A DNA stretch of 64,000 nt from NCBI GenBank assembly GCA_035548175.1, contig DASZTO010000073.1, positions 581-64,580 on the forward strand, in the 5' to 3' direction. The translations under genes were made by a program, and so were the position numbers. A model generated the notes under the pieces. That model was not told where the DNA came from and did not search any database. It saw nothing but the letters and a program-made list of their open reading frames with translations. This document shows, piece after piece, positions 12,444 through 21,159 of the stretch (position 1 is its first letter; every line of letters begins with the position of its first letter). The DNA is from Phycisphaerae bacterium. Its GTDB lineage: Bacteria > Planctomycetota > Phycisphaerae > WQYP01.

Positions 12444-12704
12444 CAGAGCGGGGTGATTTGCGGTAAGGGTTTGTGGAGGTGAGGGTTGGGATGGAAATTT
12501 TTTGGGTTGCAGGCGCGCGCTGCGTGCCAGGTTGTGCGCGCGGCTGCGGAACCGCGGGTGGGATGGCGGCGTGGGGCGGTGGATGAGGGGTGGCGGCGCG
12601 GGTCAGGGGGAGCTGAGGAGTTCGATTTGGCGGCGGATTTCGTAGCGGGTGGGGGTTCCGGGTTGGGTGAGGGCGGGGTCTTTGCAGGGGCGTTCGAGGA
12701 CGAG

Positions 12705-12802
12705 GAATTAACCACGGAGGAGACGGAGAGCACGGAGGTCCGACGGCGACGCCCCCCTTACGACGACGTAAATGGCCACGAAAGGCACGAAAAACACGAA
12801 AG
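12705..12802 (+). repeat. Interspersed intergenic repeat, copy R1 (CACGGAG heptads plus TAAATGGCCACGAAAGGCACGAAAAACACGAAAG core)
   Basis: About 85% identical to 17124-17220. The GAATTAACCACGGAGGAGACGGAG head is shared with 23955-23988. The reverse-complement core matches 63565-63610. Confidence 0.7.
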
Positions 12803-12986
12803 TTGCGATGTGAAAAATGTTGCGGCGCGAAGAAATTGGCGCAGTAGTCATAGGAAAGGCAGGAGACGGATTGGTTTTGGAATGGTAGCGCGGGAGAGGC
12901 ACTTTTGGGAATGTTAAAAAAAGTATTGGGTTCCGTATCGGGGTCCGCAGGCGGTATGGGAGAATGGATTTATGGAGGATGCGACG

Positions 12987-13190
12987 ATGGATGTGCAGCC
13001 CATCAAGACCGAACGGGACTATGAGGCGACGCTCAAGCGGATCGACGCGCTGATGGATGCGCGGGCCGACACGGCGGAGGGGGATCGGCTGGGGGTGCTG
13101 GTGACGCTGGTGGAGGCGTGGGAGGCGAAGCATCATGCGATCGAGGCGCCGGACTCGGTCGGAGGTGAGCGGGGGCACGCTGAAGCGTGA
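12987..13190 (+). CDS. HigA-family antitoxin N-terminal domain only; the helix-turn-helix (HTH) domain is missing, so a probable orphan remnant
   Basis: MDVQPIKTERDYEATLKRIDALMDARADTAEGDRLGVLVTLVEAWEAKHHAIEAPD is the diagnostic HigA N-terminal motif. GGAGG sits 8 nt upstream of the ATG at 12987. The ORF stops after PDSV, where the HTH would begin. No higB-like gene is adjacent. Confidence 0.45.
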   Translation: MDVQPIKTERDYEATLKRIDALMDARADTAEGDRLGVLVTLVEAWEAKHHAIEAPDSVGGERGHAEA

Positions 13191-13220
13191 ACTCCGGACG
13201 CGCTTGGGCGGATCGAGGGG

Positions 13221-14585
13221 TTATTCGCTGGTGCGGGCGGTGACGGATTGGGCGTGGGCGTCGAAGGATTCGGTGTGGGCGAAATCGATGATGGGTTGGG
13301 CGAGGGTGGCGAGGGTGGGCTGGTCGAATTCGATGAGTGAGGTGCGTTTGCGGAAGGAGTCGGCGGAGAGGCCGGAGAAGAAGCGTGCGGTGCCGGAGGT
13401 GGGCAGGACGTGGGAGGGTCCGGCGAGGTAGTCGCCGGCGGCGACGGGGGTGAAGGGTCCGATGAAGATGGCGCCGGCGTTCTGGATGGCGCGGGCGTCT
13501 TCGCGGGCGGTGGCGGTGGAGATCTGGAGGTGCTCGGGGGCGAAGGAATCGACGAGCTGGAGGGCGTGCTGGTGGGAATCGGTGACGATGAGAGCGCTGC
13601 CGAATTGGAGGGATCTGCGGGTGAGGTTTTCGCGGGAGAGCTGGGGGAGTTGTTGCTCGAGTTCCTGCTGGACGGCCTGGGCGAGTTTGAGGCTGGGGGT
13701 GATGAGGAGGCAGGAGCCGGGGGCGTGCTCGGCCTGGGCGAGGAGCTCGGCGGCGACGTGGCGAGGGGCGGCGGTGTCGTCGGCGAGGACGATGACTTCG
13801 GAGGGGCCGGCGAAGGAGTCGATATCGACGAGGCCGTAGAGTTCTTTTTTGGCGAGTTGGACATAGGTGTTTCCGGGTCCGACGATTTTGTCGACGGGCA
13901 TGATGGTGGCGGTGCCGAAGGCCATGGCGGCGATGGCTTGCGCGCCGCCGACGGCGAAGATTTCGGTGATGCCGAGCTTGGCGGCGGCGATGAGGACGGC
14001 GGGGGCGATGAGGCCGTCGCGCAGGGGCGTGCAGAGGCAGAGTTCTTTGACGCCGGCGACCTGTGCTGGGATGGCGGTGTGGAGGACGGAGGAGGGGTAG
14101 GCGGCGGCACCGCCGGGGACGTAGAGGCCGACGCGGCGGAGGGGGGTGAATTTCATGCCGAGCTTGCCGCCCCCACCGCTCTGGGGTTTGCCGTCTTTGG
14201 CTGGGGGGGGGGGGAGGGCGGGGATGGGTTTGGGATCGGGGGTGAGCATGGCTTGCTGGTAGCGGCGGATGTTGGCGATGGCGATATCGAGGGCGTTGAG
14301 GAAGGAGTGGGGGGCGGCGCCGAGGGCGGTGGTGATGACTTCCTGGGGGACGCGGAGGGTGTCGGGGGTGAGGGTGGCTTTGTCGAATTTTTCGGTGTAG
14401 CGGAGGAGTGCGGGGTCGCCTTCGCGCTGGATGTCGCGGAGGATTTGGCGGACGGTGGCGAATTTGGAGGTGGCGGTTTCGTCGCCCTCGTCAAGGCCTT
14501 CGAGAAGCAACGGTTTGAGGGAGAGCTTGGCGCGGAGTGCGTTGACTTGGGGGGCGTCTTTCCGTGCGTCTAAGATGGGCAACAT
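13221..14585 (-). CDS. hisD: Histidinol dehydrogenase
   Basis: Motifs GLYVPGGAAAYPSSVLHTAIPAQVAGV, AGPSEVIV and the HE...H metal site; 454 aa. Confidence 0.9.
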   Translation of the reverse strand: MLPILDARKDAPQVNALRAKLSLKPLLLEGLDEGDETATSKFATVRQILRDIQREGDPALLRYTEKFDKATLTPDTLRVPQEVITTALGAAPHSFLNALDIAIANIRRYQQAMLTPDPKPIPALPPPPAKDGKPQSGGGGKLGMKFTPLRRVGLYVPGGAAAYPSSVLHTAIPAQVAGVKELCLCTPLRDGLIAPAVLIAAAKLGITEIFAVGGAQAIAAMAFGTATIMPVDKIVGPGNTYVQLAKKELYGLVDIDSFAGPSEVIVLADDTAAPRHVAAELLAQAEHAPGSCLLITPSLKLAQAVQQELEQQLPQLSRENLTRRSLQFGSALIVTDSHQHALQLVDSFAPEHLQISTATAREDARAIQNAGAIFIGPFTPVAAGDYLAGPSHVLPTSGTARFFSGLSADSFRKRTSLIEFDQPTLATLAQPIIDFAHTESFDAHAQSVTARTSE

Positions 14586-14705
14586 TTTCCAGCTCGCTTT
14601 TCTGATGGCTCCCGGTCACCGCTGTTGCGGGCCCTTCAATGTACCCTGGCCATTGGGTAGGATAAACAGGGCAAGGGGGGATTTCCTGGGTGCGGAGTGC
14701 GTGAG

Positions 14706-15056
14706 ATGCAGATTTTTCGGCTGGCGCTGCGGGCGGTGTTGTACCAGGATGCGGGGCGGTGGCTGGCGCATTGCCTGGAGATGGATTTGATTGGGGAGGG
14801 GGTGACGCGGGAGGAAGCGCTGGATTCGCTGTCGGAAAGCATCCACATGCAGGTGGAATTCAGCGTGGAAAACAACAATGTAGCGAACATTTTTCAGCCG
14901 GCGGACGCGCGGTATTTGCAGATGTTCGCCGCGGGCCAGGATTTGCCGCATGCGCAATTCCGTGTGGAGGCGTTCAGCGATCAGAATCTACGGATTGATC
15001 GGCTGGAGGCGCGGGAATACTCGGGAAGCGACGCGTTGCTGGCGGCGGCCAATTGA
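14706..15056 (+). CDS. hicB: HicB-like antitoxin (UPF0150 / HicB_lk_antitox fold)
   Basis: MQIFRLALRAVLYQDAGRWLAHCLEMDLIGEGVTREEALDSLSESIHMQVEF fits the HicB N-terminal pattern (GGxWxAxC..L....G.T.EEAL). GGAG lies 8 nt upstream of the start. Its stop is 4 nt before the hicA ATG. Confidence 0.6.
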   Translation: MQIFRLALRAVLYQDAGRWLAHCLEMDLIGEGVTREEALDSLSESIHMQVEFSVENNNVANIFQPADARYLQMFAAGQDLPHAQFRVEAFSDQNLRIDRLEAREYSGSDALLAAAN

Positions 15057-15060
15057 AGCG

Positions 15061-15309
15061 ATGTCTGACGTTCCTCTCAAGCTTCGAGAGCTTCGACGAA
15101 TTCTGACGAGATTCGGTATTGCCGAGGATCCTTCGCGCGGGAAAGGGTCGCATACGCTGTTTCATGCCACGATTGACGGGCGAGCGGTCTCCTTTCCGTT
15201 GCCCACGTCGCGCGACGATATCAATGCCGCGTACATTCGAGCGGTTCGGAAGAAGTTTCATCTTACACCGCAGTTTGGCGTTTCGGACCGGGAGTTTTAT
15301 CACGGCTGA
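15061..15309 (+). CDS. hicA: HicA-family mRNA interferase toxin
   Basis: LKLRELRRILTRFGIAEDPSRGKGSHTLFHATIDGRAVSFPLPTSRDDINAAYIRAVRKKFHL is the YcfA/HicA dsRBD-like fold with the catalytic GSH motif; 82 aa from the ATG at 15061. Confidence 0.7.
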   Translation: MSDVPLKLRELRRILTRFGIAEDPSRGKGSHTLFHATIDGRAVSFPLPTSRDDINAAYIRAVRKKFHLTPQFGVSDREFYHG

Positions 15310-15377
15310 CAGGGAGATGCCGAGACTTCCCCCCACCGAGCAACACATCGCAGCGCCACCGTGCGTGGTCGAGTACA

Positions 15378-16199
15378 TTATGCGGCGATGGTGACGGTTT
15401 GGTGAGAGTGGAGGTAGGTGATGGCGGCTTGGAAGATGGGGAGGCCGTCGGGGTGGGCGGCGTTGCGGGAGGCGAGGGGGTGGGTGGCGGGGTCGACGAT
15501 TCGTTCGGGGTGGGGCATGAGTCCGAGGACGCGGCCGGTGGTGTCGCAGATGCCGGCGATGGCGTTGGAGGAGCCGTTGGGGAGGGCGGGGTAGGTGGTG
15601 GCGGGATTGCCGTGGTCGTCGACGTATTGGAAGGCGATCTGGTCGTTGGCTTTGAGGGCATCGAGGATTTCGGGGGTTCGGGTGACGAAGCGGCCTTCGC
15701 CGTGGGCGATGGGGAGGTCAAGGAGGGTTCCCGCGGGGGGGAGCCATTTGCAGAGGGAGGAGGTGGCTTTGACTTTGATCCAGCGGTCTTCGAATTTGCC
15801 GGAGGTGTTGTAGGTGAGGGTGGCGGGGTGCCAGTCGTCGGGCCCCCCCCCAGTGAGCTGGGGCATGGGGCCGGGGAGGAGGCCGGATTTGACGAGGACC
15901 TGGAAGCCGTTGCAGACGCCGAGGATGAGTTTGCCATCGTCGACGAACTGGCGGAGGGGTTGGCGGAGGTGGTGGATGAGCTGGTTGGCGAGGATTTTTC
16001 CGGAGGCGATGTCGTCGCCGTAGGAGAAGCCGCCGGGGAGGGCGAGGATCTGGTGGTTTGCGAATTGTGTGGGATCGGCGAGAAGGGCGTTGATGTGGAG
16101 GGGGGTGACGGTTGCGCCGACGAGTTGGAAGGCGTGGGCGAGTTCGCGGTCGCAGTTGGTGCCGGCGGTGCGGAGGATGAGGACGGAGGGAGCGGGCAT
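15378..16199 (-). CDS. purQ: Phosphoribosylformylglycinamidine synthase subunit PurQ (glutaminase)
   Basis: MPAPSVLILRTAGTNCDREL...LPGGFSYGDD...GVCNGFQVL...HGEGRF...MPHPER; 273 aa from the ATG at 16199. The rest of the 621-aa ORF is read-through over repeat sequence. Confidence 0.9.
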   Translation of the reverse strand: MPAPSVLILRTAGTNCDRELAHAFQLVGATVTPLHINALLADPTQFANHQILALPGGFSYGDDIASGKILANQLIHHLRQPLRQFVDDGKLILGVCNGFQVLVKSGLLPGPMPQLTGGGPDDWHPATLTYNTSGKFEDRWIKVKATSSLCKWLPPAGTLLDLPIAHGEGRFVTRTPEILDALKANDQIAFQYVDDHGNPATTYPALPNGSSNAIAGICDTTGRVLGLMPHPERIVDPATHPLASRNAAHPDGLPIFQAAITYLHSHQTVTIAA

Positions 16200-16294
16200 G
16201 GGGGTCTCCGGAGCGAAAGGGGCATTATAGGGAGCGGGGCGGGTGGGGGCGATGCGGTGGGGTAATTGGTAAATAGTCATTGGTAATTGGGGGG

Positions 16295-16726
16295 TTAGGG
16301 TTGGGATTGTGCGGGTTGGGGGGCGATGGTGGCGGCGGAGGCCCATTGGACGACGTCGTTTTCGACGATCATGGCGACGTAGGAAATTTGCGGAGAGGAA
16401 AGGGGTTTGATGACGGTGATGCGGATGCCGGAGAACTGGGTGGCGAGGGCGCCGGCGGGGGTGGTTTTGGGGGTCTGGGTACCGATGGCCACCTCGGCTC
16501 TTTGGCCGTTTTCGATCTGGAGGAAGGGGCGTGAGAGGACATCGTATTTGCCGTCGGCCTGGAGGCGCATCAGGACGAATTTCACGAGATAGGTGTTGCC
16601 GGATTGTTTGGCGGTGGCGTTGATGGTGTAGAGGGCAGGGGCGGGTTGCGAGGCGGGGGGCACGGGAGCGGGGGCGGCGGCGAGGAGGAGGGGGAGGAGG
16701 GCGGCGACGGTGAGGGGGCGGCGCAT
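16295..16726 (-). CDS. Small secreted protein of unknown function
   Basis: Signal peptide MRRPLTVAALLPLLLAAAPAP from the ATG at 16726; 143 aa; no recognised domain. Confidence 0.5.
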   Translation of the reverse strand: MRRPLTVAALLPLLLAAAPAPVPPASQPAPALYTINATAKQSGNTYLVKFVLMRLQADGKYDVLSRPFLQIENGQRAEVAIGTQTPKTTPAGALATQFSGIRITVIKPLSSPQISYVAMIVENDVVQWASAATIAPQPAQSQP

Positions 16727-17080
16727 GGGCGGTCCTTTCAGAAAGCGGGTTAGATGCTGAGGGAGGTGTGGGTGAGACGGATGGATTGGAGTTCGTTGGA
16801 GGTGATGAAGGTGGCGGGGCCGGCGGGGGTGGAGACGGCGGATTGGAGGGCGCGGTCGAGGGTGGAGGCGGGGAGGAAGGTGGGGGAGGCGGCGAAGCCG
16901 ATGGTTTGGCCGGTGGGGAGGGAAGCGATGATGGTGGGCGGGGTGAGTTGGGGGTAGACGTTGGGGTCGGCGATGAAGAGGGAGCAGTGGAGGGTGTCGC
17001 CGGAGGGGAGGGGGATGTAGCGGATGGGGATTTCGCGGTAACCGTGGTGGTGGGAGGGGCAAATTTCGCGATGGGGGGGG

Positions 17081-17270
17081 ACGGTAAATGGCCACGAAAA
17101 ACCGGGCGCGGCGAAGCGCAAAAGATTAAACACGGAGCACACGGAGAGCACGGAGGAACGACGACGGTCTCCCCCCCAACGACGACGTAAATGGCCACGA
17201 AAGGCACGACAAGCACGAAAGACGGCGGACGGGACTTGTCCACGAATGCACACGAATTTACACGAATGGA
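17081..17270 (+). repeat. Interspersed intergenic repeat, copy R2 (the longest copy, with a CACGAATG tail)
   Basis: GATTAAACACGGAGCACACGGAGAGCACGGAGG...ACGACGACGTAAATGGCCACGAAAGGCACGACAAGCACGAAAG...TCCACGAATGCACACGAATTTACACGAATG. It contains two TAAATGGCCACGAAA cores, and the reverse complement of 63530-63620 matches its tail. Confidence 0.7.
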
Positions 17271-17478
17271 CGTGGTGGGATTGGATGGAGCGGGAAGGGG
17301 CCACCGATGGGCGCCGACGATTGAATTGCGGCGGCATGAAAGGGGTTGGGATTCTTAAGGGGACAGGCGGTGCGGGATGCGCGGGGTATGGAGATTTTAC
17401 AGATATTTGTAAATCTTTTTCTGGGGGGTGAGCGTGTCATGGGTGTGCAGGCGGTGGGCGCGGCGGTGCAGGTGTGGG

Positions 17479-18111
17479 ATGCTGGCGATGTTGGTGGATG
17501 CAGGAAACGGAGTTGGCTGCGTGGAGGCGAGGGTGCCGGAGTCGGATGATGAGGCGCGGGCGGATCGAGCGGCGTTGGAGCGGCTGCGGGCGGGGGATCT
17601 TGGGGGGTTCGACGGGTTTGTGGATCGGTACAAGCAGCGGTTGTTCCGGTATTTGCTGGCGCGGGTGGAGTCGGTGCAGACGGCAGAGGATTTGACGCAG
17701 GACGTTTTTTTGAAGGCGATCCGGAATCCGCCAGGGGATGCGGGGGCAGGGCGGGTGTCGACGTGGCTGTTCACGGTGGCGCAGCGGTGTCTGCAGGATC
17801 ATCAACGGTGGCGGCGGCGTCGGGCGCAGCATGCGGAGGCGGTGATGGCGGCGCGGCCTGCGGGAAGGAGCGTGGATCCGGCGGCGGCGGCGAGCGCGGA
17901 GGAGGAGCGGGTGCGGCTGGCAGCATTGCTGGGGAAGCTGCCGGAGGAACAGCGGGATGTCCTGACGCTGCGGCTGCTGGGGGATTTGTCGATAGCGGAG
18001 ATTGCGGCGGTGACGGGGGCGCCGGAAGCGACGGTGAAATCGCGATTGAAATATGGATTGGAAAAGCTGGCGCGGAGCGTGCCTGGAGCGCTGAAGGAGG
18101 ACCGGCGATGA
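17479..18111 (+). CDS. RNA polymerase ECF-type sigma-70 factor
   Basis: Region 2 (RAGDLGGFDGFVDRYKQRLFRYLLARV...AEDLTQDVFLKA) and region 4 (LPEEQRDVLTLRLLGDLSIAEIAAVTGAPEATVKSRL). The start is taken as the ATG at 17479 inside the longer GTG-initiated ORF. Confidence 0.8.
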   Translation: MLAMLVDAGNGVGCVEARVPESDDEARADRAALERLRAGDLGGFDGFVDRYKQRLFRYLLARVESVQTAEDLTQDVFLKAIRNPPGDAGAGRVSTWLFTVAQRCLQDHQRWRRRRAQHAEAVMAARPAGRSVDPAAAASAEEERVRLAALLGKLPEEQRDVLTLRLLGDLSIAEIAAVTGAPEATVKSRLKYGLEKLARSVPGALKEDRR

Positions 18112-20849
18112 GCAAACCGTTGCCTGCGGACGTAGTGGAATTGGCGGAGACGGCGGAGGAGCGGGAGCTGTTGGAGCGCGCTGCGGGGGCGGCGCGGACA
18201 GATGTGGAACTGGCGGGGGGATTCAACGATCGGCTGCATGAGCGGTTGACGGCACCGGTGGGACGGGCAGGGCGTGAGCGCCGGTGGCGGCAGGTGGCGG
18301 GTCTGGCGGCGATGCTGCTGGTGGGCGCGTGGCTGGGGGCGACGTTGTTTTCACGGGGAGGAAATCCGTTGGTGGGCGGGGTGGCGTGGGCGGATGTGGT
18401 GCGGGCGGTGAATCATGTGCAGCAGTTGCACGTGCTGGCGTATCAGGAGTCGCCGCAGTCGGGGGGAAACATGCCGCCGTTGTCGCGGTTGGATTTGTAC
18501 TACCAGGCGCGGGCGGGAGCGGCGGGAATGTGGCGGGCACAGGGGCTGGGGCACGTGCAGTTTTTGACACCGGGGGAGAAGCCGGAATCGCGGACGTGGT
18601 CGGTGGCGGAGAAGCAATGGACGACCCGGGACAACGTGCGGCTGATTCCGCAGGGGATGACGGGAAAGGTGGAATCGGGAGATTTGCTGGAGGTGGTGCT
18701 GACGTGGATTTTTCATGGGGCGGCACCGGAGGCGCAACCGGTGAAGAACGACGCGCTGACGGGGGCGGGGATCGATGTGTTTGACTATGCAACGGACGCG
18801 GCGTCGCCGTGGGCGCGGATATGGGTGACGCGGGATTCGCGGTTGCCGGTGCGGATCAAGATGTACGCGCCGGCGTCGGATGGCTTTTTGCTGCTGGAGT
18901 TTGATTACGGGGAGGCTGAGCCGGCGGATTTTTTCAATCCAGAGGCGTTTGAGGCGGGGATGGGGCGGTTGGATGCGGAGGCGGCAACGCGACCGGCGCG
19001 GGCGTACGAGATGGGGGCGGCGCCGGTGGACAACCTGCGGCCGCAGACGGCGCGACAGATTCACACGGTGCAGCCGGAGGCGGTGGCGCCGAAGGTAATT
19101 TCGGCGACGCGTCTGGCGTCGGGGGACATCGTGCTGGTGACGACTTCGCCACGGAACGTGAATGCGGGGGGCAGTGCGGATGAATTCGAGTTACACGATG
19201 TGGTGGACGACCAGGGAACGCGATATGCGGCGGAGTGGTTCAGCGAAGGGGTGCATGTGAATGAGGAATCGCCGCGGACGACGTGGCTGATTCCGGTGAG
19301 CGCGCCCGTCGGGGAAGTGAAGTCGGTGAAAGCGCGGGTGTTCACGCGGGCGGCGGAGGCGCAGGAGCTGGGGGAACTGGAAGCGGCGGTGACGGAAGGA
19401 AGCGTGCCGTCTGCGCGTGGTCCGACGGCGGAGGGGCGGTTTGCGGCGTTGCGTGCGTATTGGCAGAACGGGACGGTGGCAGAGCGGCGGGCGTTTGTGG
19501 AGCGGGCGCTGGCGGAGCATCCCCATGATGCGGGGGCGGTGCGGGCGAAGATGGAGTTGCTGTTTGAGCTGGGGAAACGGGAAGAGGGATGGGCGCTGTA
19601 TGAGCAGGAGATGCTGCCGGAGGCGCTGGAGACGCTGCTGGATGATGAGGCGAACGTAACGTTGTTTGCGGGGTATGTGCTCTGGCTGGAGAACCAGGGG
19701 CGCGGGACGGAGGCGAAAGTGCTGACGGAGAAGGGGCGGAAGGTTGTGGAGGAAGCGGCGTTTGGGAAGGATGCGCGGCGGAAGGCGGCGGCGATGCAGG
19801 CATTGCGGCCGGAGGAGTGGAATCTGTTTGGGAAGGTGCTGAAACTGCCGGAATTGGAGTCGTGGGTGGTGGGATCCAACAAGCCGGTGGTGAAGCAGAT
19901 GATTGTGGGAGAGGATGGGGTGGTGGTGGTGCAGGTGGCGTTGCCGGGGAATCTGCCGGCGTCGGTCATGGGGCCGGTGCGCGGTGGCTCGATGGCGGCG
20001 GATTATGCGTTGTGGGCCGGGATGACGGCGGCGGATGTGACGGCGGAGGGACGGGCGGTGTGGCGACAAACCGGGGCGGCGTACGATCCGGCGACACACA
20101 CGCTGGCGCTGGGGTTTCGCGGGAGCGGGAAAAAGTTGACGCTGACGAAGCAGATCACGCTGCTGCAGGATGCGTATCCTTCGGCGGCGGGGGATTTGCA
20201 ATATGCGTGGAAGCTGGCGGTGGCGACACCGGCGGCGTCGACGGAGAGCGCGGCGGCGTGGTGGGCGAAAAATGTGCCGGCAGATCCGAGCAAGTGGTGG
20301 GCGGACCAGCGGCCAGTACCCTCGCCGTTTGATGCGTCGCAGATAGTGGCGGAGGAGGCGTTGCGGGCGGGCCGGAACGCGGAGGCGGCGGGGTTGTATG
20401 GGGAGTTGATCAGAACGCTGGATCGGGCGGGTCCGCCGCCGGGGGTGACGGGGGATAATGCGGTGGCCTTGCGGGATAGTTTGGAGGAGGGGCGCGTGGA
20501 GGCACTGACAGGCGCCGGGGATTTAACGGGGGCGGAGAAGGCTTTGCGGGCGTGGGAGGAAGAGCTGCCGGGGGCGCCGGATTTTCACAAGCGGTTTGTG
20601 GTGGAGCGGTATGAGAAGGTCAATGGGGCGGGGGCAAAGCTGGCGGAGGCATTGATGGATGCGGGGGAGGCGGAGGCGGCGCGGAGGGTGCTGGATGGGC
20701 TGGAGAAAGCGCGGCCGGATTTGAAGGATGAGGTGGACGTGCTGGTGCGGGAGGCGGGGAATGGCGGGGTGTGGTGGTATGTGGGAGAGAATCGGGGGGC
20801 GTGGGTGGCGGTGGATCGGGCACGGTGGCGGATGATGAAGAGCGAGTGA
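18108..20849 (+). CDS. Anti-sigma factor; 913 aa, single-pass membrane protein with a large extracytoplasmic TPR-like domain
   Basis: The ATG at 18108 overlaps the sigma-factor stop as ATGA. The N-terminus is cytoplasmic, followed by a TM helix (VAGLAAMLLVGAWLGATLF) and a roughly 800-aa extracytoplasmic region with TPR-like helical repeats at the C-terminus. Confidence 0.6.
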   Translation: MSKPLPADVVELAETAEERELLERAAGAARTDVELAGGFNDRLHERLTAPVGRAGRERRWRQVAGLAAMLLVGAWLGATLFSRGGNPLVGGVAWADVVRAVNHVQQLHVLAYQESPQSGGNMPPLSRLDLYYQARAGAAGMWRAQGLGHVQFLTPGEKPESRTWSVAEKQWTTRDNVRLIPQGMTGKVESGDLLEVVLTWIFHGAAPEAQPVKNDALTGAGIDVFDYATDAASPWARIWVTRDSRLPVRIKMYAPASDGFLLLEFDYGEAEPADFFNPEAFEAGMGRLDAEAATRPARAYEMGAAPVDNLRPQTARQIHTVQPEAVAPKVISATRLASGDIVLVTTSPRNVNAGGSADEFELHDVVDDQGTRYAAEWFSEGVHVNEESPRTTWLIPVSAPVGEVKSVKARVFTRAAEAQELGELEAAVTEGSVPSARGPTAEGRFAALRAYWQNGTVAERRAFVERALAEHPHDAGAVRAKMELLFELGKREEGWALYEQEMLPEALETLLDDEANVTLFAGYVLWLENQGRGTEAKVLTEKGRKVVEEAAFGKDARRKAAAMQALRPEEWNLFGKVLKLPELESWVVGSNKPVVKQMIVGEDGVVVVQVALPGNLPASVMGPVRGGSMAADYALWAGMTAADVTAEGRAVWRQTGAAYDPATHTLALGFRGSGKKLTLTKQITLLQDAYPSAAGDLQYAWKLAVATPAASTESAAAWWAKNVPADPSKWWADQRPVPSPFDASQIVAEEALRAGRNAEAAGLYGELIRTLDRAGPPPGVTGDNAVALRDSLEEGRVEALTGAGDLTGAEKALRAWEEELPGAPDFHKRFVVERYEKVNGAGAKLAEALMDAGEAEAARRVLDGLEKARPDLKDEVDVLVREAGNGGVWWYVGENRGAWVAVDRARWRMMKSE

Positions 20850-21159
20850 GCGCGGAAGTTTTCGTTGGTGGATGCGGGATGCGTTTTGAGGTGCGAGGCT
20901 GGGATTAGAGGGTTTGTGGATGGCGGGCGTGCGGCGCAGGATGAGGAGGAGGGCGAGGGGGATTGGGGCGGCGAAGAGGGGGGAGGGGAGCGGGGTGGAC
21001 ATGGTGAGGTTGAAGGTGGCGGTCTGTAGGAGCGGGAGGTGGGGCGCCTGACGATACGGGACAAGTGGACGAAGGGAGTTGGGTTGGGGTGGGGGTCCCG
21101 TCGGTGATCTAATTAGGGACTTGCCGGGCGGTCGGGGGGTTGTTGTGCCGGCGCTGACG

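Noticed and set aside
12486-12917. 143-aa plus-strand ORF across repeat copy R1
   Set aside because: Its sequence is dominated by the interspersed repeat (the translation contains ETESTEVRRRRPPYDDVNGHERHEKHE). It has no start context, and homologous repeat copies elsewhere are in different frames and orientations.
13133-14110. 325-aa Pro/Ser/Thr-rich ORF on the minus strand (the same pattern recurs at 15263..16225, 24690..26273, 26951..27961 and 20523..21581)
   Set aside because: Low-complexity translation of GC-rich DNA in an alternative frame, overlapping well-supported genes (hisD, purQ, the NeuA-like and Maf genes). No start context and no domain.
15378-17243. 621-aa minus-strand ORF extending purQ upstream through the repeat region
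   Set aside because: Only the C-terminal 273 aa (from MPAPSVLILRTAG) matches PurQ. The N-terminal 350 aa is Pro/Arg/His low-complexity read-through across repeat copy R2 and the small secreted-protein gene, which lies in a different frame.
20850-21159. G-rich (plus strand) 310-nt spacer between the convergent anti-sigma and neuC genes; considered as a possible small gene or G-quadruplex array
   Set aside because: It has no ORF with start context, and the G-runs are short (GGGG, GGGGG) and irregularly spaced. It is most simply a convergent terminator or spacer region; no clean hairpin with a T-tract was found.
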